A stretch of 64,000 nucleotides of DNA from an uncultured Actinomycetes bacterium (GTDB taxonomy: Bacteria > Actinomycetota > Thermoleophilia > UBA2241), in the NCBI GenBank assembly GCA_963767005.1, contig CAVYCN010000004.1, forward strand, positions 224,001 to 288,000. The letters are read 5' to 3'. This document shows positions 56,575 through 64,000 of the stretch, piece after piece; within the stretch, counting starts at the first letter, position 1, and each line of letters starts with the position of its first letter. The notes beneath the pieces were generated by a model. That model made no database searches. It was not told where the DNA came from and was given only the letters and a program-made list of their open reading frames with translations. A program made the position numbers and the translations under genes.

Positions 56575-56940
56575 ATGATCGTCGGTCAGACGCTCTTCAG
56601 CGTCCGGAAGGGAACCGAGCACCGGGCCGAGACCGCGTTGCACGACCTCGACGGTCTGCTGCGCTCGGCGCCGGGACACCAGGCGCATCGCGTCCTGCGT
56701 TCGTTCGGCATGTCCCCCATCGGCAGCGCGCTCCACGACGAGTTGCGCGAGGGCGAGCTCGGGGCGATCCACTACGTCGTACAGGCGGAGTGGGAGTCGC
56801 TCGAAAGCCACGACGACTTCTACCGCGGCGAGGCGCTCGCGCGCGTCTACGCGCTGCTCTCCTCGATCCTCACGACCGGCCCTTACGAGGTGCTCTACGA
56901 CGTCCTCGAGCAGGCCGATCGCAGCGGGGTGGCCGCGTAG
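56575..56940 (+). CDS. ABM monooxygenase-like protein
   Basis: AAGGAG RBS; APG...VLRS...YVVQAEWESLESHDDF. Confidence 0.7.
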   Translation: MIVGQTLFSVRKGTEHRAETALHDLDGLLRSAPGHQAHRVLRSFGMSPIGSALHDELREGELGAIHYVVQAEWESLESHDDFYRGEALARVYALLSSILTTGPYEVLYDVLEQADRSGVAA

Positions 56941-57309
56941 CGTCCAGAGCCTGGTGCCCGGGCCCGGGTCGACGCAGCGCAGCGGCCACCCGCAAGGCCG
57001 GCGCCACGGGTTGCCTCGGCCGAAGTGATCGCGAAAGACACCGCGCAGCGACGGCGTCGTCGTGCCCCTTGCCGACTTCGGGGCCATGGGTCCGCCGACT
57101 GCGCCTTCGACGGCCGACTGATCGACGCCGGACGGGCGAACATGAGCGGCCTCACCCAAGCGACATCCTCACTCGAGATTCACGCAGCACGAACCGCGAG
57201 GCGCGACACTGGGATCGATCGGTCCCTCCGTGGGGCGACCCCCAGCGTGAATGGATGATCGAGTCAGGAGACGAGGCAGGATGATGGTCGCCATGGCCGG
57301 AGGCGCTTC

Positions 57310-57798
57310 GTGGCGGAACGCGCCCTGACAACCGGGCCCGGAGCGCGACGCGCGCTGGACGCCGGTTCCGCGCGCAACGGACCGTGCGCCGTTGTCGCTC
57401 CAAGCGGCGAGATCGACGTCTGCGCTGCGCCGATGTTCCGCGACGCGCTGCTCGCCGCCCGCGAGCATGGCTGCGACCGCCTCGTTGTCGATCTCAGCGA
57501 CGTCTCCTTCATCGACGCCGCCGCGCTGGGTGTGATCGTCGGTGTCGCCCGCGACCTCGGCCCTGAGGCCGTGGCCTTGGTCGTGCCGCATGAGAATCTG
57601 GCGACGACCTTCAAGATCTGCGGGCTCGAGCGCGTGCTCGGCATCTACAGCAGCCGGGACGAGGCGCTCGCCGCTCAGGCCACATCAGCAACGGCCGGCC
57701 TCCCGGCAGACGGACGCCCGACCGGCTCGTCTGTGGGACCGCCGGCGAGCCACATCCGCCGGCGATCTGACCTGCCGTCGTCGCAAGGTGCGGCTTGA
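57310..57798 (+). CDS. STAS domain anti-sigma factor antagonist
   Basis: SGEIDV..AP.FR, LVVDLSDVSFIDAAALGVIV. Confidence 0.85.
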   Translation: MAERALTTGPGARRALDAGSARNGPCAVVAPSGEIDVCAAPMFRDALLAAREHGCDRLVVDLSDVSFIDAAALGVIVGVARDLGPEAVALVVPHENLATTFKICGLERVLGIYSSRDEALAAQATSATAGLPADGRPTGSSVGPPASHIRRRSDLPSSQGAA

Positions 57799-57919
57799 GC
57801 TGAAACGCTGCGGCGGTCTCGGAGCTCCACCCGTGCCGGCTCATCATGCGCTAACACAGATGAGCTATACCGCGTGCAATGCGGCCCGCACCATCTCCCG
57901 CCGACGAGAGCCCGTGAAC

Positions 57920-58708
57920 ATGAGTCCAAGCGACGACCGGCGCAAGGCGCGCCTGCTCGCCCTCTACGGTGAGGGTCGGTCCAATCGTCAGATCGCCGCT
58001 CGACTCGGCCTCTCGGCCGAGCGCGTCCGTCAGCTCCTGTCCACCTACGGCGTCACACCACAGCCGGCCGATGAACGTCGCTACCAGATAGCGGTACGAG
58101 GCCGGGAGAAGGAGATCGTCGCCGCATACAGGCGCCTGGGCGACGAGGCGCGGGTGGCCCGGGAGTTGGGCCTGCAGGAGTGCCATGCGAGGCGCCTGAT
58201 CAAGGCCAGCGTTCCGGAGGCCCAGGTGCTGCGCCGGCGCGAGCGCTCTCGGCGGCAGCGTTACACCGACGAAGATCTCCGCAGCGCACTGCGCGAAGCC
58301 GCACGGCAACTGCCCGCGCCACTGGGCTACCACGCCTACCGCAAGTGGGCCGAAGGGCGCCGTGGAGACGGCCTGCCGCGCCCCAGTGCGCAGACCGTGG
58401 TGCTACGTCTTGGCACCTGGCGTGAGGCGCTCGCGGTGGCCGGTCTACCGGTGCCCGCCGGCGGCGGACGCCCGGCGACCTACGAGCACAGCGACGGCGT
58501 CGCGGCGCTGGCGCAGGCCTGGCGCGAGCTCGGCCAGGCGCCGACGATCAAGCGCTACGAAGCCTGGCGGGCGGGTCGGCGGGGCCTACCGTCCCCCGTG
58601 ACCGTGCGACGCCTGGCCACAAGCTGGGACGACCTCCTGCGCGAGGCCCATGTGCTCGTCCATCGGACTCGGCCAGGGACCACAGACAGCGGGGAGAAGC
58701 GCACATGA
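57920..58708 (+). CDS. HTH protein with two homing-endonuclease-associated repeats
   Basis: SNRQIAARLGLSAERVRQLL; YTDEDL...Y..W...PSAQTV...GTWREALAVAGL and a second similar unit. Confidence 0.65.
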   Translation: MSPSDDRRKARLLALYGEGRSNRQIAARLGLSAERVRQLLSTYGVTPQPADERRYQIAVRGREKEIVAAYRRLGDEARVARELGLQECHARRLIKASVPEAQVLRRRERSRRQRYTDEDLRSALREAARQLPAPLGYHAYRKWAEGRRGDGLPRPSAQTVVLRLGTWREALAVAGLPVPAGGGRPATYEHSDGVAALAQAWRELGQAPTIKRYEAWRAGRRGLPSPVTVRRLATSWDDLLREAHVLVHRTRPGTTDSGEKRT

Positions 58709-58903
58709 CAAAGCCACGCGACCTGCCGGACCCCCTGCGCTGCGCCGGTCGAGCGTAGATCAGCAGGGTCCGCCGAGTGCGCGACCGCAGGGCCGGCGCA
58801 GGGGTACGTCCCTTGCCTTCCCGGGCCTTGCGGTGTACGACCTGCACACCGCCGCCGAGTCTTGCGGTGGCAGCCATTCGCCCATACGCAGGGAGGCGCC
58901 GAG

Positions 58904-59476
58904 ATGATCACCGCACAGAACCTCCGCGACAGTCGCCTCGCGGCCAAGCGCTCGAAAGACGGCGACCTCGCCGACACCGAGCGCCTCATGGCGCGCCTGG
59001 CCCGCGCCCGCGACAAGCGCGTCCCGTTCTACCTGACCCGCGACGAGTTCCTGGAGATCTGCCGCTGGAGACTGGGCGAGCAGTACGCGCGCTCGTCGCA
59101 CGCGCTCGAAGCGAGCTCTGCCAAGCGAGTGAAGCGCATCACCGAGCTGGCCTTCGCCGTCAAGGATCGCGACCCTGACTTCGAGCTGGATGCACGACTT
59201 TCCATCCTGCGCCTGCTGCCCGGCGTCGGCCTGGGCGTCGCCTCGACGGTCCTGGGCCTGTGCTATCCGAAACGCTTCGCGGCGCTTCACGCCAAGGTCT
59301 GGGGCGCCGTCTTCGGTGAGGGGCGAGACGGTCTCGACGCGGCCGACTATCGTCGCTATCTCGCCCGCATCCGCGAGCTCGAGGGCGAGGTCAGAGCGAT
59401 CGACGCCAAGGGTCACTGGTGCGTCCAGCTCGTGGCCTACCACGCTGGCCATCAGGGGGACGCGGCCGCCGACTGA
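58904..59476 (+). CDS. Hypothetical protein with helix-hairpin-helix motif
   Basis: YLTRDEFLEICRW; LRLLPGVGLGVASTVL...P.RF. Confidence 0.6.
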   Translation: MITAQNLRDSRLAAKRSKDGDLADTERLMARLARARDKRVPFYLTRDEFLEICRWRLGEQYARSSHALEASSAKRVKRITELAFAVKDRDPDFELDARLSILRLLPGVGLGVASTVLGLCYPKRFAALHAKVWGAVFGEGRDGLDAADYRRYLARIRELEGEVRAIDAKGHWCVQLVAYHAGHQGDAAAD

Positions 59477-59560
59477 GCGGAGCGTGCCGGCAGTCGCAGG
59501 GCGTCGCACGCGAGGCTCTTCACCCCCTTCCCGGCCTGCATCCGCCGCAGCAGGCGACCG

Positions 59561-59836
59561 TCATCCGTCAGTCTGCGGGGGAACGTCGCCTTGCGCCTGC
59601 GTCCGCGGGGAAGGGTCGTGCTCGGTCTCGTCGGAACCCTGCGGCCAGGCGTCGATCTGGCGCATGGCCTCGGCGCGAAACTCGGCACGAAACGTCGCGA
59701 ACGGATCGCGGCGCAGAGCTTCGAGCTGATGCTGCGCCGCTTCGAAGTCGCGTCGCCACAGGGCGGCCTCTGCTGCGCTGCGGCCGGCCTCGGCCTCCCA
59801 GTAGTCGCATATCTTCTTCAGCATCCGCTTCTTCAC
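59561..59836 (-). CDS. Hypothetical protein
   Basis: Open frame with plausible composition (MLKKICDYWEAEAG...). Confidence 0.4.
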   Translation of the reverse strand: MKKRMLKKICDYWEAEAGRSAAEAALWRRDFEAAQHQLEALRRDPFATFRAEFRAEAMRQIDAWPQGSDETEHDPSPRTQAQGDVPPQTDG

Positions 59837-59978
59837 GGGAGCCTCACGACACACCCGGCAACCAGGGACGAAGCGACCAGACGATCTCGCCCCGTGGCGG
59901 AGCCTGAGGCCTGCGCCCGCTCGGGCCCGGCACCTATCTCCTTCTGTGCCAGACGCGCCGGGCGACTCGCGCGATCTC

Positions 59979-60368
59979 TCAGGCGGCGTGCCGGCCGCCG
60001 ATGAGCGCCTCGGCCTGGCGGAAGAGCTCCACCGTCGCGTACCGCCGGCCCGCTCTGCTGGCCGTCTCGCCGGCCGCGTCGAGCAGCGAGCACTCAGCGG
60101 CGCAGCGCGTCGCATCGAACCGGTTGACGTCGACGTAATCGACCAGGTCGACGGCATCTTCCGCTCGGCTGACTCCCATCTGGCGCAGGCTCAGCACAAC
60201 GGTGCCGCCGCGCCGGCCGCTGCGGTCAAGCCGTCGAGGCGGCACGGTCAGCACCGTGAAGCGAAAAGCAGTGCCGGCGAACTCGTACACCGCTTCTCCA
60301 TCCGCCCGGGCGAGCTCAGCAAGATCGTCGTCGCTCAGCGGTCGGCCGTCCTGGTGCCACTGCGTCAT
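59979..60368 (-). CDS. Hypothetical protein
   Basis: AGGGGG RBS before ATG 60368. Confidence 0.5.
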   Translation of the reverse strand: MTQWHQDGRPLSDDDLAELARADGEAVYEFAGTAFRFTVLTVPPRRLDRSGRRGGTVVLSLRQMGVSRAEDAVDLVDYVDVNRFDATRCAAECSLLDAAGETASRAGRRYATVELFRQAEALIGGRHAA

Positions 60369-60628
60369 GGTCCCCCCTGGATCGCGATGGCTGCCCGTGT
60401 GCCACTGTGCGAGCGGCCGTTTGCAGGCCAAGGAAACCTACCACCGACGGCGGGCTTCATCACGCCGTTTGACGGCTGCCGACTTGCCGGAGCACCAGGC
60501 GGCGAGGGCCGCCCCGTGCCTTGAGGCATCGACTACCTTCGCCTGTGAGAATCGCGTGAGTGTCGAGCGAGGGGGATCGGTGCATGGGCTCGGTCGTGCG
60601 GGAGAGCCGCGCTGTGCCCAGCGCACCC

Positions 60629-61027
60629 CTAGTCGGCGACTGCGGGCTTGACCGCTTTCTCCGCCCGCTCCAGGAGCTCCTTCAGCAGGCTGCGGCAGCC
60701 CTCTCGACGGAGCGCGTCCATCTTGTCTTGCAGCTCAGCGTCGGCGACCAGGATCCGGCTGGCCTTGAACGACAGGTCGTTGCGCGTCGCGTGAAGACCA
60801 GGGATGCCGTCGGAATCAGCCATGTCTACCACGCGCCACGCGCCGGTCAGCGCCGCGTCGAGGCGCAGACCATTGCGGTAGGATGCCTCCTCGAACTTGA
60901 GCTTGAAGACGGCGCCCTCGAAGCGCAGCACGAAAGGACCGCGGCCGGCCATGGCTTGACTGAGCTTGCCGAGCTCTTGCGGCTCACCCACGTCGTAGTG
61001 CTTGCCCTTGCGCGCCCAGACGCCCAT
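60629..61027 (-). CDS. Hypothetical protein
   Basis: AAGGGGG RBS; normal protein-like composition. Confidence 0.6.
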   Translation of the reverse strand: MGVWARKGKHYDVGEPQELGKLSQAMAGRGPFVLRFEGAVFKLKFEEASYRNGLRLDAALTGAWRVVDMADSDGIPGLHATRNDLSFKASRILVADAELQDKMDALRREGCRSLLKELLERAEKAVKPAVAD

Positions 61028-61048
61028 GCTGCCCCCTTGATCGATGTC

Positions 61049-63715
61049 TCATCCTAGCCTGTCGATCCCGACAGTGCCCTCACGGACTCGATCGATCGAC
61101 CCCCGCGGCGGAGTGGCCGACGAGCGCGTGTCCGCGGCCAGGCGCAGGCGCAGGCCGTTGCCGATGACGGCGAGCGACGTGCCCATGTCGGCGAAGACGG
61201 CCATCCAGAGCGTGACGAGGCCGAGCGGCGCCAGGGCGAGGAACACCGCCTTGACGGCGATCGCCAGAACGATGTTCTCGCGGATGACGCGGGTGGTCCT
61301 GCGCGACAGGCGCACGGTCGCGGCGAGGGCGGCGAGGTCGTCGGTCATAAGGGCGATGTCGGCGGTCTCGAGGGCGGCGTCGCTGCCGGCGGCGCCCATG
61401 GCGACCCCGACCGTGGCCGCGGCGAGCGCCGGCGCGTCGTTCACGCCGTCGCCGACCATGGCCACCCCGCCGTAGCGCTCGGCGAGCTGCCGGACCGCCG
61501 CGACCTTCTCTTCGGGCAGGAGACCGGCGCGCACCTCGTCGATGCCGGCGTCGCGGCCGATCGTCGCGGCCGTCGCCTGGTTGTCGCCGGTGAGCAGGGC
61601 GATGTGACGCACGCCCCCGCGTCGCAGCGCCGCCAGGGCCTCGCGGGCGAAGGGCCGCAGGCCGTCGGCGACCGCGATCAGCCCGTCGACGCGCTCGGGC
61701 GTGCCGACCACGACCACGGTCTTGCCCTCGAGCTCGAGACGGCTGAGCTCGGCCGCGAACAGACCGTCGAAGGCCGTCTCCGCGCGCCCCTGGCCGTCGA
61801 ACAGCTCGGGCTTGCCTACGAGCACCGTCTCACCGTCGATGTCGCCGCGCACGCCCCGACCGGCGATGGCGCGAAAGCGCGTGACGGCCGGGTCGTCGGC
61901 GGGACCGCAGTGCCCGCAGGCGCAGGCGTCGCCGTCCCCGTGACCGCCGTTCTCGTGCTCCGCGCCGCGCTCGGCGCCGCAGCAGTCCGCGGTCGCGTGG
62001 TCGTGGTCCTCGTGGCCCCCGGCTTCGGCTTCGAGCCGCTCGGCCTCGGCGACGATAGCCTGCGCCAGGGGGTGCTCGCTCCAGCGCTCGACGGCGGCCG
62101 CGCGCGCCAGGACGAGCGCGCCGCCGTCGCCGTTCAGCGAGACGACGTCGGTGACCCGCGGGACGCCGGTCGTGAGCGTGCCCGTCTTGTCAAAGGCGAT
62201 CGCGCGCAGCGAACCGGCGCGCTCGAGGAAGACGCCGCCCTTCACGAGCACGCCGCGCCGCGTCGCGGCGCCGAGCGCGGCGAGGAAGCTGACCGGTGTG
62301 GAGATCACGAGCGCGCAGGGACACGAGATGATGAGCAGCGCGAGGCCGCGGTAGAACCAAGTGGAGAAGGCCTGTCCGGCGAGGAGCGGCGGCAGCACCG
62401 CGACCGCGGCCGCGGCCGCCACCACGACCGGCGTGTAACGCGCCGCGAAGCGGTCGATCGTGGTCTGCAGCGGCGCTCGCTGGGCCTGAGCCTCCTCGAC
62501 TAAGTGGATGATCTTGGCGATCGTGTTGTCGGAGGCGCCGGTCGTGGCCTGCACGGTCAGAGCGCCGCCCTGCACGATGGAGCCGGCGAACACCTCGTCG
62601 CCGGGCGCCTTGCCGAGCGGCATCGACTCGCCGGTGACCGGCGACTGGTCGACACCCGCCTGGCCGTCGGTGACGATCCCGTCGACCGGCAGGCGCTCGC
62701 CGGGGAGCACACGGACGAGGTCGCCCGGGCGCACGGCGTCGGCCGGCACGGTGTGGCTGTGGTCGCCGTCGACGATCCGCGCCTCGGGCGGCGTCAGCTC
62801 GGCGAGGCCGCGCACGGCCCGCCGCGTGCGCTCCATGCTGAACGCCTGCAGCAGGTTGCCGAGCGCGAACAGAAAGACGACGAGGCCGGCCTCGCTCCAC
62901 TGCCCGATCGCCGCGGCGCCGATCGCCGCGATCGTCATGAGGACGTTCATATCGACGGAGCGTGCACGCAGCGAATACCAGGCGGCGCGGGCCGTCAGGC
63001 AGCCGCCGGCGACCATGGCCGCGGCGAACAGGAACGGCGCGAGGGCGGGCGCGGCAGCCTCGGCGGCGAAGCCGCCGGCCACCGCCGCGCCCGACACGGC
63101 GGTGAGCAGCGCCCTGGCGTCGGCGAGCGGCGCGCGCCCGGCGCCCGCCGGGCGCGCGCCGCTCGCCGCGGCTGCTGCCCCGTCGCGCTGCGCGGCTCGC
63201 GCCGCGCGTCCCTCGAGGGTGTCGTAGCCCAGACGGCGCACCCGGTCGAGCACGTCGTCGAAGGCGATCTCCTGGGGGTCGAAGACGACCTTGAGCGTCG
63301 CGGCGCCGAAGTTCGTGTTGGCGCTGACCACGCCGCCCGTGTGGCGCAGCGCGCCTTCGAGCTTGAGGGCGCAGTCGGCGCAATCGAGGCCGGTGACGTG
63401 CGCGAGGCGCTGCTCGTAGCGGTCGGCGCCGGCGGGGTCGAGGACGAGCTCGCAGCCGCACTCCCCGTGGGCGTTGCGCGGGCAGTGCGCGGCGCAATGG
63501 GCGGCCGCCCCGATGCGGCGCGCGGTGCGCGAGAGATCGTCGTAGGTCAGCAGGTCGTTGTCGAAGCTCACGTGGAGCAGGCCGCGCGGCACGTCGGGGG
63601 TCACCTCGCGCACCCCGCGCAGGTGACGCAGCCCGTCGCCGAACTCGCGCACGCACTCGCCGCACTCGGCGCCGCGCGGCAGCACGACCGGCAGGTCGAG
63701 CGCCGCGGTGGTCAC
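61049..63715 (-). CDS. P1B heavy-metal ATPase (CadA/ZntA type)
   Basis: CxxC HMA domains (GLDCADC), TGES, SCPC, DKTGT, SEHP, GDGVNDAP. Confidence 0.95.
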   Translation of the reverse strand: MTTAALDLPVVLPRGAECGECVREFGDGLRHLRGVREVTPDVPRGLLHVSFDNDLLTYDDLSRTARRIGAAAHCAAHCPRNAHGECGCELVLDPAGADRYEQRLAHVTGLDCADCALKLEGALRHTGGVVSANTNFGAATLKVVFDPQEIAFDDVLDRVRRLGYDTLEGRAARAAQRDGAAAAASGARPAGAGRAPLADARALLTAVSGAAVAGGFAAEAAAPALAPFLFAAAMVAGGCLTARAAWYSLRARSVDMNVLMTIAAIGAAAIGQWSEAGLVVFLFALGNLLQAFSMERTRRAVRGLAELTPPEARIVDGDHSHTVPADAVRPGDLVRVLPGERLPVDGIVTDGQAGVDQSPVTGESMPLGKAPGDEVFAGSIVQGGALTVQATTGASDNTIAKIIHLVEEAQAQRAPLQTTIDRFAARYTPVVVAAAAAVAVLPPLLAGQAFSTWFYRGLALLIISCPCALVISTPVSFLAALGAATRRGVLVKGGVFLERAGSLRAIAFDKTGTLTTGVPRVTDVVSLNGDGGALVLARAAAVERWSEHPLAQAIVAEAERLEAEAGGHEDHDHATADCCGAERGAEHENGGHGDGDACACGHCGPADDPAVTRFRAIAGRGVRGDIDGETVLVGKPELFDGQGRAETAFDGLFAAELSRLELEGKTVVVVGTPERVDGLIAVADGLRPFAREALAALRRGGVRHIALLTGDNQATAATIGRDAGIDEVRAGLLPEEKVAAVRQLAERYGGVAMVGDGVNDAPALAAATVGVAMGAAGSDAALETADIALMTDDLAALAATVRLSRRTTRVIRENIVLAIAVKAVFLALAPLGLVTLWMAVFADMGTSLAVIGNGLRLRLAADTRSSATPPRGSIDRVREGTVGIDRLG

Positions 63716-64000
63716 CGGTCGCCTCCGCCGTCGACCGCGGCCGGCGCGGCTCCGTGGCGCACGTGCTCGAGGGTCATGTCGAGCAGCAGGCGGATGTGCT
63801 CATCGTCGGGGGCGTAGAAGACTTGCTTGCCCTCGCGGCGGTGACGCACGAGGCCGTGCGCGCGGAGCACGGAGAGATGGTGCGAGACGTTCGACTCGCT
63901 CATCTCGAGGCGCGCCGCGAGGTCGCCGACGCAGACCTCGTCGGCGCGCAGCAGCGCGTAGACGAGGCGGCAGCGGCTGGCGTCGGCGAGCACCCGGAAC
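63712..64000 (-). CDS. ArsR/SmtB metalloregulator (5' end outside the window)
   Basis: EVCVGDLA, SNVSHHL.VLR, RREGKQVFY, DEHI...EH. Confidence 0.93.
   Translation of the reverse strand, partial: FRVLADASRCRLVYALLRADEVCVGDLAARLEMSESNVSHHLSVLRAHGLVRHRREGKQVFYAPDDEHIRLLLDMTLEHVRHGAAPAAVDGGGDR

Noticed and set aside
57205-61105. Weak inverted similarity (gatcgatcg...tccgtg.gggc) at both ends of the island as terminal inverted repeats
   Set aside because: Short, gapped match with no transposase and no target-site duplication seen.
2216-63817. Many long overlapping or antisense ORFs in the track (e.g. 2216..4126+, 8545..11022+, 39709..42654+)
   Set aside because: Shadow frames expected at very high GC; Arg/Gly/Pro-rich or antisense to clearly identifiable genes.
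1-64000. tRNA-Pyl or other tRNA/rRNA genes
   Set aside because: I saw no convincing cloverleaf or CTCTAAA anticodon loop by eye; a covariance-model scan is needed to exclude them formally.

Overview
Very GC-rich bacterial chromosomal segment. An actinobacterial origin (possibly Thermoleophilia-like) is inferred from the CGNR zinc-finger gene, many leaderless -10/ATG starts and codon style. The gene content suggests an aerotolerant anaerobe: HydE, two rubrerythrins, a Grx-TrxR fusion, MsrA, MsrB and OsmC. Strongest signals: (1) a trimethylamine methyltransferase (MttB) interrupted by a single in-frame TAG exactly at the canonical pyrrolysine position, although TAG is a common ordinary stop elsewhere in the window; (2) a decaying integron-type cassette array with no integrase (attC-like sites around hicBA, a lipoprotein, a cupin and vapBC); (3) a sulfur/Fe-S cluster (yezD, ABC ATPase, GTPase, cysteine desulfurase, Fe-S protein, cysK, hydE) with two related Rrf2-like operators; (4) a candidate C-loop sRNA, a dispersed ~33-bp hairpin repeat, and a basic Ig-like domain shared by three secreted proteins. 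The rest is accessory or housekeeping: telA/xpaC, a two-component system with ABC ATPase, sbcCD, and ArsR with a P1B ATPase. All calls are from reading motifs by eye; no searches were run.
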